Shown: in pieces, positions 46,428-60,088 of the stretch
How positions within the stretch are numbered: the first letter of the stretch is position 1
Layout: each line of letters starts with the position of its first letter
From: Alloascoidea hylecoeti
Taxonomy: Eukaryota
Direction of reading: 5' to 3'
Assembly: GCA_001600815.1 (NCBI GenBank)
Contig: BCKZ01000006.1
Location: 124,001 to 188,000, forward strand
DNA: 64,000 nucleotides
Program-made: the position numbers and the translations under genes
The notes under the pieces: model-generated
Databases searched by the model: none
What the model saw: only the letters and a program-made list of their open reading frames with translations
Told to the model about the DNA's origin: nothing

Positions 46428-49400
46428 ATGTCAGACTCAACACAGCCATGGTATGCTCATCCCAACTCACAATTATAAACAATGAAATACTAATTATAAT
46501 GTAGGAAACTCATCAAACCTCCTGGATCTCAAACAGACCGAGTTTCTCAAGCCTGTGATCGGTGTAGAAGCAAGAAGGTATGCTTTTCCCCTATACTATT
46601 TATATATTCTTTTTTGCTAACATCTTTTTAACTTTCAGATAAAATGTAATGGAAAGAGACCAGTAAGTATACGTGCAACTAGTCGTAAATATAGTAATTC
46701 AAAAAACTGACCTGATTTTTACAGTGTTCTAATTGCTGCAATGCTGGAATGGAGTGCAAAACCACAGATAGACTTTCTCGAAGAGCTTACCCCCGCGGTT
46801 ATACAGAAACTTTAGAGGAAAGAATAAGACAATTAGAATCAGAAAATACAAAGCTTAATGATCTTCTTGGCATAAAACAAGAAGAATTAGAAACTTTATC
46901 GAATCATAATCATAATTCAGTAAAGAATCACGTACCTGGAAATGAATCTACTACCCCTTCCACTCCAGTGTATATTTTATCAAATCCTCCCGCAAAATCT
47001 AATCAACAAGTTAAAGATATTGTCAAAGCACACTTCAATGTTATTTCTGAGACTGGTGTCATTAGAGGTTCCTCTACGGGGTTTTCATTCATGGAGGCTT
47101 TTGCTTACAAATTGAAAACAAAAGAGCCGATGATTTCAAACAAACTAATACCTGCATTCATTAGCATGGAACATCAATCACAAACTGTTGATAGTACAGA
47201 GATATACCAAAACAAGCATTGGAGTCAGAATTCAGGTTTTAAATTTCACAATTCGTTCAGTTCTCCATCCTCGTCTTATAATGAATCTTCATTAGATGAG
47301 TTTTCTTTTACTTCCCAATTATCAATTTCATCTGAATCACAGTCATTAAAAAAGCTAAGAGATATAGTCTTTCCAACAAAATCAATAATGGACAAGCTAA
47401 TAACTGTCTTTTTTCAAGAGTGGGGGTCAATACTACCAATATTTGATCAAGACAAATTCTTAAAAGATTACATTAGTTTTATTGCTTTAATTGATCATAA
47501 TTTTGTTATTGATAATATGTTTAACAAAAAAGAGCAAGAGAAAATTGAGTCATTTGCAATTCAATTATTATTATGCATTTCACTCTCATCATTGGTTATA
47601 GATTTAAAAAATCAAAATCAATTTCAACCCATAAACAATAACAATAACAATAACAATAACAATTCTAATAATATCAATTTCTTTTTAAGACATTCTTTAA
47701 AATCTTATGAAAATCAATGGATAAAATTAATAAACCAAAAATTTCAAAATATTCCAACATCAAGAAATTTACAGATATTACTTTTAATACAACTATACTA
47801 TCAATTCACTGGTAATTATCAGCAAATTTGGAAATATAGGATACTATCTGTTAATATGGCTCAAAGATTAGGTCTACATAAATGTCCCAAAACTATTGTT
47901 ACGCCCGATCGTTCGAAGCTGACCATTAATGAACAACAAAAAAGAAGACACCTATTTTGGATTGTTTATTCCTTGGACTGTTTTGCAGCTGCCATCCTTG
48001 GAGCTCCTAGGTTGATCAATGAAAGGGATGTTGAATGTGCATTACCGACAGCAACGATGAAAATCTCTTCTGGCTTAACAGATGACTCATTAGGTCAAGA
48101 ACAAATCATTCATTATGAAGAATATTTCTTTCAATTTTCAAGAGTTTTTGCTAAAATTTTAGATACGGCTCATTCATCGTCGTATTTTGAAAAAACTAAT
48201 TCTTATAAATCAACAATTCAACTTGAGCAATGTTTAGAATCATGGAGAAAAGATCTACCTGAAAGTTTAAAATTTGAGCTTATTAATGGTCGACCTTCTT
48301 CTACTGGCCATCAAAATTATAGAGCTCCCTTGTTTTCATTAATGTATCACTATGCTTTTATTATGATTCATTTACCGGAAGTATCGGTTATTTCAGTTGA
48401 TGAAGAAAATAAAAGTGGCGACTCAAATAAACCTAGCGCTAGAGGTTCTGCTTCTTACTTAGCTGTTGTAAAACATGCAAAAATATACCTTCAAGTTTTT
48501 AATTATATGAATTCTGAAAATATACAATTTACACTGCCATTAAATAGTGTTAGGATGTCATTATTTATGGGGTTAATGACAACTTTTGGTGCTATAGATT
48601 ATTCTAAGACTGGTGCTTTGTTACAAGATGTTAAGAAATGTATAAAAAATACATTAGAGTTTGTATTCAATTATAACAACTCGGATTTTCCTGGTCGTAT
48701 TAGTTTAGAATCTTACCAAGCATTGGAAGAAGTATTTGATGGTCTATTATCTTTATCTCCTAAATCTTTACCTTCTATAATGGATAAAAAGAGAAAATCA
48801 AGGAGCTTTAAACTAAAACAAGAGAGCTTTTCAGGTTGTGATCAGTCGATACTTTTACCTCCTGCATCCAAAAGACCAAGATCTGCAAGTCCTACATTAT
48901 CGCGAAAACCTATTTCAAGCGGAATATTGTTGCAGAATAATGGCGATACAACTTCTACAATAAAGCCTATTTCGAAAGTAAGACTTGACAGTAGTAGTGG
49001 AATCTCACTACAATCTTCATCTCCAAATGCGGATTCACCAGCTTCCGCTCCCGGCGATATATATGCTGGGTCAAGGCTTTCAAAAGGGTTTGATATAAAT
49101 CATTTGCATACTGAGGATTCTTCTCTTGCAATTAATGATCTTTTATATCTTGATACGATCCATGAACTTCATCATAACTCTGGGTTAAATATTACACCAG
49201 CAACTTCTGTAGCTTTAAACACTTCAAATGATATGCATACTTGTACGGCTGAACACTTTAAACTTGATTTGGATTTTGCTGAGTTAGAGTCGTCTTTTTT
49301 ATTTCATAATGATAATAAACAAAAAAGTTCACATTTGAATCCAGACTCATGTTACAATAATGATACTAATGAAAGGCGTGGGTCTTTAAGTAGTTCCATT

Positions 49401-49661
49401 TCTCCTCTTTCAACGGGTTCCGCTGCTTTGTCAGATGTTTCGGAGTCAAATCAATCTTACACTTCTGTTGGCAGTACAACCAGTACGACTGACATACTAA
49501 GTACTATGAATATATCTTCTAAAGATTTTGATGAAAAGAAAATGAATTTAAATCATTCGGAAAGCAGTTTATTTGATGCTTTTCTACATCATGGCCACAA
49601 TGTCAATATTAATGAGAAGAATCATAATATGAAGGAAGCTTCGAAGAGTCATATAAGTTGA
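46428..49661 (+). CDS. Zn(II)2Cys6 transcription factor, Cat8/Sip4/FacB family; join(46428..46450,46505..46577,46639..46662,46725..49661)
   Basis: Three short GT-AG introns reconstitute [59 protein letters not shown]; middle homology region AQRLGLH...RRHLFWIVYSLD..LGAP. Confidence 0.9.
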
Positions 49662-50149
49662 AAGTTGAAGATTTTCTAAATATTATTTTTCTGAATTTAT
49701 GGTTATCACTACATATATTTGATACACATGTTATCTTTCAGCATTTTGCATTTAATTTGTTTTTATCCTACATCTTTCATTTTCCTTTAATTGCTCTTGA
49801 ATTTAGTATAATAATCAGCTAGTACTTTTTATTTTTATTATTGTTATATTTTTACATCTCTGATTTAAAATTTTGTTCTTTGTTAACTTTGCAATTGGAC
49901 TGTCTTTATTTTCCGATTGAGTTTTAATTATAATATGGCTGGAACAATATTGCAATTATTCTCATATTCTTGTTTTTTCTCTTTATTTATTTGATGAATT
50001 TTCAAATAAATTTGAATTATTTTTATATATGTAATCAGCTTTATGTATCACTTGGATTTTGGTGATAAATTATTGGGTATGGATAAATAATAAAAAGAAT
50101 TTTTTTAAAAAGTTGTGTCTTTAAATTTAGCTGTTTAATTTGTAGAATA

Positions 50150-51093
50150 TTACGACAATATCGGTAGCAATCCCAAGCGTGGGCCTACACCGGTACAACC
50201 TGGCCTCTATAATACGCTTTTTTCAGACACCTTCAGTTTAAAATCAGGTTGGGAAATAAAGTGATCGCAATTCCTTGTGATGAACATTTTCGAAGAGATT
50301 CCAAGTGTGCTCATTTGGATTCTAGTCCGGTGAATAAGACAGTCAATCCAACACATCTATCACCTTGTCACTAATTCTTTTGGAAACAATTTCAACATGA
50401 TTCTAGCTTTATGATTCGATATTTTATCTTGCTTGAATATATTATGACACCCTTTATTTGTGTTATTAGTGTTGTAACTTACTTATCCTCAACCACTCTA
50501 TATAGCGAAGTATGATCTCCTTTCCGAATTACAGCCCATAATATAGGACCTACTGACTCAGACATCCTTATATTTTGAGGTTGAAAGACCTGGCCTGACT
50601 ATTACACTGTCGAGCATATACTTTTCTAGTTCGGATCCTTTGACGACCGAACATTCGTCACTGAATACAACACCCCCAAACGTCCTGAGACCACTTCAAT
50701 TCATCTATGTATTTTATATATTTCTGCTCCTTTGGTTTATCTCATTTAGATAAGACGCTTTACACATAGAAAATATCCATATTTATGTTTTCACAGAAGG
50801 TCTTTGATATTCCAATGTTGAATTTGGAACCCAGCTCATCTTCATGGGTGAAGTTCTTACAATCCTCAGAATTTGATTCCCTGTCCTTTTAAAAACTTTT
50901 GTATTCTATTTTGTTCGAGAAGGTGTTACACCAGAAGATTTGTTGATTCCTCATTTTTAACTGTGAACCGCATAGCAGGGTTAATATTAAGCATTCTACC
51001 TATTTCGGCAATTGAGATATATGTTTACTCATGATCAGATTACATCTTTCAATCCCCTTAGCTGGTTGGAAATTACCTAAAATCTCTCTTCAT
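50150..51093 (-). mobile_element. Degenerate Tc1-family (DDxE) transposase relic
   Basis: Minus-strand ISIAEIGRMLNIN (HTH, ~50980-51020), LKWSQDVW..VFSDECS (~50650-50700), IFKQDKISNHKA (~50405-50440), IDVLD*LSYSPD*NPNEHTW (~50301-50360), matching Tc1 FSDES / QDNAPxH / WPSxSPDLNPIExxW. Confidence 0.85.
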
Positions 51094-51697
51094 AGAATGC
51101 TAGAGGTGATTCTATGGTATATTTCAAAGGTTGGAGTTTTTAGGAGGATGTCAGAAAAAAAAAAGTGTAAGTTTAATCGAGACCTGGCTGAAGGTATAGG
51201 CCTAGATATTTAGTAGAAGATAAATTTTGAGTAAAATGGCCATGGATAAGGAAAAGCATCAGTTAATTATAAGGGTCAAATTTGAATAGGTTTTAAGATA
51301 TAACCACGTTATATTATACAATTCTACAATTTAATCACTACTACACTAGCGAATTTTACATATAAGGCTACACTTAATCTCATAGTTCTGATAATCTTTG
51401 TTCAATATTTTTTTTGTGATTTCTTCTGTCCTGTCAGGATTTTTCTAAAACTTGGCACATTGAACTCAGTAGGTCCATTTATGAAACACTGTTTTCATTA
51501 TTCCATGATTGGTTGGAAGCTGCCATATTGATATCGTATGGTGTATATACCATTAGAGAATATTGAAAATGTTTTTCTTAAAACGGGTACCGTAGCGTAG
51601 CGTGAGAATTGAGAAGATCTGTACTACCAAAAAAAGTTCCTAAATCACTGTAACTCAAAAGTTCTACTTTTAAAACAACTACCCGATAGAATTTGAA

Positions 51698-52950
51698 ATG
51701 GCACGTGTACACACAAGGACTATAATGAATGCAAAAGACCATAAGAACAAAACAAGCTGATATGCTCGGATATTTAATATAAGAGACGATAGATGAATAT
51801 GTCGTAATGTGAAAATTTCCAACAAGTTTAGTGTCTCAAAATCGACTTTTCACGACCACTTCCACGGTTAACTATCAAAACAAGACTCCCACCAAATTGA
51901 AGGCTTCCATCCACTCTTGAAGAACAAGAAACAAGATCTCATTTGACCACTTTAAATTCTCTGTAAAAATGGTTGTTGCCGCTATTGTAGAGCGCTTCCG
52001 TGAGCTGGTTTATGATGTTGATTTTCGGAGTCGATGAAAAATTCCGTCTAAAGAATAAACGACCGCTAACAAAACATTATTATTCCGCAAACCACCACAT
52101 ACTCAGTCGTGCTAGTTATTTCAAGACACTATACTTATATATGACGAACCCAAAAAATTTAATGAGCACAGAATTTTAAGCGAGGTTCCAAAATATATTT
52201 GCCAAAGGTATACGTTACTTCGAGTGTCTCTCAAAATTGTAAATCTCTCATATTTGGGACTTTGATGAAACAGGTACACATCTAATGTTTGAGTCTTTGT
52301 TTTATCTGCAGATGCTAGTCAGGAAAGGCAACCAGCTTCGGTGCACTAAAGAAGAGGTTGAAAAAGATCTATGATGAGAAGCCTGTAACAAATCAATCAC
52401 CGCCCTCAAAAAAGGATTCTGTTACAATCTATCAGGATGGAATTATAATGGCTAACCCCTAAGAATATCCTTTCTGTATTTGCAGCGACTAACTAAAATA
52501 TGTCCTTTTGACGATTTCACATAAGTTTGGAAAGATTTATGCGGGTGGAAACGAAGAAGATGAAAGGGAAGAAATAAAGGAAAAATTCATTTGATATGAG
52601 GAATTCGAAATATACCTAGTTTGTAAAACAAATTCTCGAATCATAGTTGGAGAAGCTAAAAAAAGTATGGTATATTTGACGAATTACGCGCCTGAAGAAA
52701 TCACATCAAGGGGACGTTTTATTATCCCATATTTCCATCACGGTGCTCGAAGATCCCTTAAAAGCTATTCGAAATGGAATTCAAACGTCTAAAGAGAGAA
52801 AGCCCCGACTACACATAATCCTGCGGAGATAACAAAGAAAAAGGTGTCTGGATCTAGTGAGCTCACTCAAAAAATCTTACACCACAACAAAAAATACAGA
52901 AAGAGAATAATGAACAGAGATTTTCATAATTATGAGATTACATAGACTTC
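51698..52950 (+). mobile_element. Degenerate pogo/Fot1-type transposase relic
   Basis: ISNKFSVSKSTFHDHFHG*LSKQDSHQ (HTH, ~51815-51895), HIWDFDETG (52249-52275), LSAD, LTPKNILSVFAAT..ICPFD (~52452-52512); stops, frameshifts and an internal deletion. Boundaries approximate. Confidence 0.78.
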
Positions 52951-54918
52951 AGTGATAGCATTTGTAATAATATGTCTTTGATGTTGGTTTGGTAATTCGT
53001 GGTTGCAATAGAATAATGTTGGGGTATTCGAGTGAGGCTATTCGTTTGTGTTCTAGGTATTTGACGGTATAGGCAGTGGGAATGTTAATACAATTAATAA
53101 TTGGTACCACAATTAGTTCTTCCAGAAACAGATCTTCTAGATATAAGTTACACTTATAACTATGGATTAGTTGGAAACAAATTTGTACAGTGTGCATTTG
53201 ACATTCAAAATCATGTAGAATATCGTTAACAACTTAAAATTTTTAAAGCTATAGTTATGATTGATTAGAATTGTCAAACAGAATGTATCCAAGAATATAA
53301 AACTAGTTTGTGCTAGAATACGCGTAAACTTAAATGCTTTTAGAAAAAGAATCTTATAGCTAGCGCTTGTTAATTACATTGTATACACCATTGTTGAACA
53401 AGATTCCAACAAATTCGTATTGACCATTTATTTTCCTTATTTAGAGCTGGAAAAATGGTTTCATTCCAATAAGACATGGGAATTTTGAAAAGTCTTAACC
53501 CATAATTATGCTCGAGTATTGATGACGGAGTGGTGTGTTTCATTTTACTTCTTTGTGGATTTAATTAATTGTTTCACCAATATATGGAAATCGATATAGT
53601 TATATTATAGAAGCCTTAATTATAATCAACTGCACTATTCTTAACATTTCTTATATACATCGCTTTATTTTACGTGTGCATAGCTATAGGTATGTGATGT
53701 GATGAAGAATTGCATAACTAACATTTTATAACATTATACGATATCAACTTATCAACTTACTTTCTACTATTGGCCCTATAGCGTAACGTTGGGTATTAAT
53801 TTTTGAAACTAAAACATCTAAGAAAATGATCAATAACGTTAACTATTTCTGTATAAATAAATTTCCGCCATGGATATATGTGTTATATACGTGCAATTAA
53901 TAATATAAGAATTATAACTGCCTTGTGATTGCAAATTTATATGTGGTACAATTGAAGAAGTGACTGGTAATTATTGCAACTCTCCTATTACACTTAATTA
54001 TTTGCAATTGTTACAAGATTATCATAAATGGCATATTAAAAATAGCTTACATGTTATAGCCTTAGCGGCTAGCCTCAAAATTATGATATGAGGATTCAGG
54101 AACATGATACATTTAACATTAATATTAAGTAATGAAGTAAGTTTAAATTTATTACATGATACAAAATTATTCGCTGACATATTGTTTCACCAATCAAGCT
54201 TCTTCTGTCAATTGACATCGCAATTTAAAATGACCGAACAACCATATGCATTGCAATTGCATTTGATAATGTTAACTCATCTGCAAATGAAATGAAAGGG
54301 TTTTTTTGTAAGGCTTATAGATATATAGCCTTCGATACCCGCGCGCGGTTGGCCGTGGTTATTTTCTTATCATTTAGTCCATAATTGATCACAAGATAAA
54401 AAGTGGCTTTAAGTTTCAGCTGTCTGATTGCAATTGGTCAAGGATTGTTTTATAATCAGGGGCCCAGGATCACAACAATCAAATTTTAAGTATATGATTA
54501 AGAGATATAATATGTGTATCAAATACTATCAATATATTGATAATAAGCGTATAAGTTATAAGAGAATATTAATACTTATAATTAATTCACTATCGCGGTG
54601 GGATTATCGGGACTCGTTAACCGCGATCTGTAGCACTAGCTAGCTATAGTTTGGTATGAGCATTGAGCAACAGCTCAAAGCCAAAATGAGTCATCTGAAG
54701 GAGTCAAGTTGATAAGGAATTTCATCAGCCGCTTTAAAGATTCCATTCTGGTCTGGAATGACCCGGAGATGGTGATTTTCGGAGTGAAAAAAGCGGTTTG
54801 AAGTTTGAGTCATCTCTAAAAACTTCTTATCAAATATAATATTGGATTAGGCTGCATATATAAATTTAAAGATTCCTTACATAACCAACCTCCACGCCCT
54901 TTTTCTTCCTCACACACA

Positions 54919-55656
54919 ATGCCATCTACAATACTGGAAAACTTGTATGTCCATTTACCCACTTTGGTCCCTCCACAAATCGTTCATTTTCTGACTATGT
55001 TGTATTATTTAGCATACGGACCTCTCAAATTCCTAATGTCATTGGAGGAATTGCAATAGATAGGACAACGGGCTTAAGCATAGGAGGTATGTGATTTTTT
55101 AAGTATTTCCATTACATCATCTCGGCTCAATTCACTTCGAGGATCTTTCAATAAATACTAATTGTTTATATTATCTATTTCAGCATTTGGCAAAGCACAA
55201 AATGAAGATGCCCCCTTTCTGAAGCAATCTTCTTCAAAAGCGTGTGACCCTCAAACTGGTTCGGGAGCCGTCGAGTATCATCAAATGTAAGTTGGTGATT
55301 CTTCTTTCTACAATATCTTTTTCTTTAACTTGTTATCAGAACTATAATGCATATACTATATTTGATTATTATAAAAAAACACGGTCAAACAATAAAAATG
55401 AGTTCCATCGTGTTTAATTCATTTTAAAGTATAGAAAGTTTCTCCATAAATCTTTTACTTTAATTAAACATCATTCTCTCATAAAATGATCTCACTATTA
55501 ATTGGATTAGACTTGGTTGTCTCGATAACATGTTTTAAAAATACTACCCTTTCGGATTATTTTTATAATGACGTAATAACAAGTATTTATTATTTTAGGA
55601 GAGTTCTATTGCAAAATACAGAACAGGCATTATTAGGTGTGTATACTTCAGGATAA
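54919..55656 (+). CDS. Small roadblock-fold EGO/Ragulator subunit, Ego2/LAMTOR5-like; join(54919..54944,55013..55086,55184..55286,55599..55656), 86 aa
   Basis: Three GT-AG introns (GTATGT, GTATGT, GTAAGT) give the in-frame product MPSTILENFIRTSQIPNVIGGIAIDRTTGLSIGAFGKAQNEDAPFLKQSSSKACDPQTGSGAVEYHQMRVLLQNTEQALLGVYTSG. Pattern resembles LAMTOR5 (P..VG...D..GL.LG..G) and Ego2 (..LAVYTS). Confidence 0.75.
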
Positions 55657-57308
55657 TATTGACGACATGAAATTATGAATTGAATCCAACTAAATCAAAA
55701 ATTACCAATGTTTACAACTATAACTCTCAAAATCTAAAAGAATTAAACTCAAGGAAGTAAGAAAACAAAACAAAACTGGTACTACTAGTGTACAGAAGTG
55801 TTAAAAATAAATCATTGCATGTTTTTTATTTGCTATTTTCTATTTCTATTTTTATTTTTATTTTTATTTTTATTATAATTCTTATTTATTTATATTTTAA
55901 AATAATAGTATAATCCTCGCGAATTCCGATTGTTTTTCAATATAAGATATAACCCGCATAATCATATAACTTATAATTATAAGATATAACCCTTTTCCTA
56001 CAAAAATAATCAAATAAACACATAATTATACAATCACAAACATATGATAATCGAATAATACAAAAAAAGTTGATAATTTTGATAGGGTGTGAAATATTAA
56101 CAATTTATATTTATAAATTTAAATATAAATTAAAAAATTGGGAAATATACTCAAACATATAATATAATTATAATAAAGTTATGCTTATAGTATTAATATC
56201 CCGACCAATATTGTTCACAAAAAAAATCGATAATAAGGAGATAGGAACTTGCTAGCCAGCTCTACTTAAAAATTGGATATGATCATGATATCGATTCATC
56301 TATAATATATAATTATAGAACTGGCTTAGAGGTATGATTGAATGTCTTCATAATACTAATGTAGATAATTAGTTATAATACATTAATTATAACTTTGCAA
56401 TTGTGATCCCCATTCATTCATTCATTCACTTAATGATTGAGATCATTACATATATCGTATTTCCTGGAAGGTATTCCCCTAAACTCCGCCGGAACCCTCC
56501 TTCTTGCAGCCAGTTTCACGAGCTTTCCGGAAGAGACCAGGCATTCCGAAGGAAGGTTAGTTTTAGTCGTTAAGGGAAGGTCAAAAATTAGTAATTAGAA
56601 TTGGCCAATATATTTAATCCTCATGCGTCTAATATTTTGCTCAAAATAAGGTCATCACGAGGCCAATTATTTAGTTCAAAAGGTGGCTCAAATTAAGTGG
56701 AAACCTTGTGATATTGTTGAAATTCCTCTTAAATAGCTTTTAAAACCTATAAATGACTATGGGATGTACTCTATACTACCAAAAATCATATACCAGTGTG
56801 GCACTAACCTAGTCAGTTTCAGAACACCATTGTCACTAGCGCAGTGGTTGAACGCCAAATCGCCAAATGAGCCATCAGAAATCAAGGTAATGTAATATTA
56901 ATTAACCAAAAAGTGTTATATGATAATTATAGCGGTACTTTTTAAATCCTATTCAGGGACTTTCAAATTCAAAGGTTCCTATTTCATTTGTACTTCTTTA
57001 ATATATATTAACCTATTAAGACGGACAACAATTCTTGATGCACATGATAGAATGATTATCAAGCGTCGGGTAACAGCTATAAGTATAGGTTTTAACCCTA
57101 ATGATAACTTAAAACATATGCGTAAATATCAGAATGGTTAAATTGAAGCACACACCATGAAAGCTTGAGATCTTTGGTAGGAGACAATTGATTTAGCGAT
57201 ATAAGCAAAGAGTATGTATAAATTAAGGTGATGTCAAACTTTCATGTGGAGACATCTCAGGTGAATTAATGAATGACTTTATTAACCAGTTTTTTTTTTA
57301 AGATTACA

Positions 57309-57813
57309 ATGTAAGCATTACTATTAATTCAAATATAAGCGACGTGATGATAAAGGTGCAAGAAATATCACAATCAATTTTCAACCACTATTCGACAATG
57401 TTTGAATCAATTTGGATCAATTTAAACAGCAGAAATGTACTAACCATCAAATTTCAAAAATAGGACTAAAAGAACTAAGAAGGTTGGAATTACAGGAAAG
57501 TACGGTGTCAGATACGGTTCATCCCTCCGTCGTCAGTGTAAGAAATTGGAAATTCAACAACATTCCAGATATACTTGTCCATTCTGTGGTAAAAAGACCG
57601 TTCAAAGAGTTGCTACAGGTATCTGGAACTGCAAAGGTTGTAACAGACAACTAGCTGGTGGTGCATATGCTTTTGCGTAAGTTCTTTATTATTTGTTTAC
57701 TAGACTTTCATTATTTGATTCACTTCACTAACAAGTTATATAATTATAGTACACCTGCTGCTCTTACCGCTAGATCAACAATCAGACGTCTAAGAGACCT
57801 TGCTGAAGCATAA
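57309..57813 (+). CDS. RPL43: 60S ribosomal protein eL43 (L37a); join(57309..57310,57464..57676,57750..57813), 92 aa
   Basis: Start codon split AT|G by intron 1; [64 protein letters not shown]. Confidence 0.97.
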
Positions 57814-59078
57814 TTGGATTAAAAAGAAAACTATCATAGATACGGCTTTAATGAAATCTCATGTATATGTATGTGATGATCATACTTCCCTTTCAACAAA
57901 TTTTGTTTTGCAATTGTAAATTAATGGGTGCACAAATATAATATCTAATAAATAAAAAAGTAGTGTATGCTTATTGCTTCACTATTTTGCATACATGTGG
58001 TATAAGCTTTTAGAAGTAGTTTGGAATCTATTCTTTGACTACATAGCTCAAAAACAATATATTCGAGACCGGACTTCTCTTGAGAACATTTTGACATTCT
58101 TTCCCCACAAATATTTCATGTTTATTTAGTGTATATAAAAAAGACAGTCAGTCTCATTTTTGAGAGTAAATAAATGTATGGGTGTTTACAGGCTCAACTC
58201 CGGGTGAAAACATCCATAACTTCCGGAAAATAATCTTGTAGACTTGCTGCTATAATTTTGAATTGTAATTAGAAGTTTCTTTTATGGAGTTTAGTATATT
58301 TGGAAAAGAGAATTCGGTCTACCTAGTTTTATCTTTAACTTGATATTTTTCTACAGAACTGAGTTTATTTTTAACTTGATTAGAATCTTGGATTCCCATA
58401 CGTCTTAATCATCACATTCCGCGCTTAATGTTATCCTTACTTGTAAATAATACAGCAGCGAGTAATTACACTTATATGATTATCACATATTATTACAAGG
58501 CTTGGTGTTTAGTTGAAGCCGAATTCATTAACCCCCCTTTATACCTTTCTAAGATCCAAAATAAAAGCTATCTTCATTAGAAAACTTTTGTTACTAGTTT
58601 TTCAATATTAGTATTTTTTTATTTTCATTTTGCAGTTTTGATTGATGTTTAAGCTTCCGGAAGGGAAGAGTGCACCACTACATAAATTATGTGGGATGGC
58701 AGCCTGCAACAGCAGTATAAATTACTCGCACACTGTACTTAATTATAATATTATGTGTCACATATGATATTATATATTACTTATATTAATTACTATAGTA
58801 ATGAGTCCTAATATTATATAATGATACTTGGTTATAATTGAGTCTTGTTTATCTGTTTCCAGTTTAGGAGTTTTAATTGTTGTTTCAAGTTCTATAAATG
58901 CTAAAAAATCCTTTTTTTTCTCGTTTTATTATAATTAAAATTTGTAATCGTTGCAGGACCTTCATAATCAAGTATAATTTTTCGGTTTATCATCATAGAA
59001 ACGCAAAGTCCTGTTAAATATAATTTGAGCCTTTCTACTACACCTCACAGAACAACTTTCAAGATACTACAAAAACTA

Positions 59079-60088
59079 ATGAACGATATCAAAAAAGTAG
59101 GTAAAAATATAATATATATTAAATCAAATAACCTCTTTCTAACTTGAAATTTTTAATTGAAAAATAGGACTCATCGCCTATATTTAAATCACCAAAGCTT
59201 GAAAAAAAAGCTCTTGAGAAGGCATTTCACCAGAGACTCACTAGATCTGTTCCTAGAACTTCAAATCAAATACCCTTGATTGTGAACTGTAATGCAAAAT
59301 CGAATTCTCATCAATTATTGGACTCTTCTCCATTATCACGTTCAAGGAAACGACATAGCCATAGAAATATCAATGATGAACCTTTAGAAAGTATAAACGA
59401 TAGATTGAATAAACTAGAAAATCATATAATATCTATTCAAAAACACCAAGAAGAACAAGATGAATTACTTAGAGTTTTGGCCAAAGAACTTATAAGTAAT
59501 AATGAATCTAATACTTATTTAAATATTCAAGCTACAAGCAAGACAAACACTGAGACTGATGTTGTTACTGGTACCAGTCCTATAGCTAGTATTACTAGTA
59601 ATAGTAATAAGGCGAAGGTGAAGGTGAACAGGAAATTAAAATACCACCAAAATAATGCTTGTACTCCATCACCAATTAAAAACATAAACATGGGTACCCC
59701 GGCTACAGATGATACTCCTCCTCCAGTGCCTCCACACTCCAGCGTCCCATCACGTTCTAAGTATATTCTTGAAGAAGCTGATTCAAACCAATCACCACAA
59801 GATGTTCATAAAACAATAGCTCTTTTAAATAAAATTGATAATGAGCCAACCATTTCTGTAATGAAAGATTCATTTAAAGTTATCAAAGAACGTTTAATTT
59901 CATTAAGAGAGGAAAGGAAATTTTATCAAAATCAAGCATTAATGAATAATGAAGTATTTATGAACAGATTAGTTGAAGTTAATAATATAAAAAGAAATCT
60001 GAAACTTAAACATACGAGAGATAGTCCAATTCCTAGTAATTGTAACAGTCCTCGTTATAAAAAGCTTAGATTTCTTTTAGATAATTGA
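59079..60088 (+). CDS. Hypothetical coiled-coil, S/T-P-rich protein; probable join(59079..59096,59168..60088)
   Basis: Long ORF without an early ATG; upstream MNDIKK exon with a GTAGGT..CTAAC..TAG intron is in phase; two heptad-like segments and a C-terminal SPRYKKLR. Confidence 0.6.

Noticed and set aside
50150..52950. RIP-like mutation of the transposon relics
   Set aside because: Stops arise by mixed changes (TGG>TGA, TTG>TAG) with many indels; no consensus is available to test CpA bias and RIP is not known in budding yeasts.
56830..56890. tRNA-like A box TAGCGCAGTGGTT
   Set aside because: No GTTCRA T-loop or acceptor stem follows.
57340..57445. Box C-like GTGATGA in RPL43 intron 1 as an intronic snoRNA
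   Set aside because: No D box (CTGA) or terminal stem in the intron.
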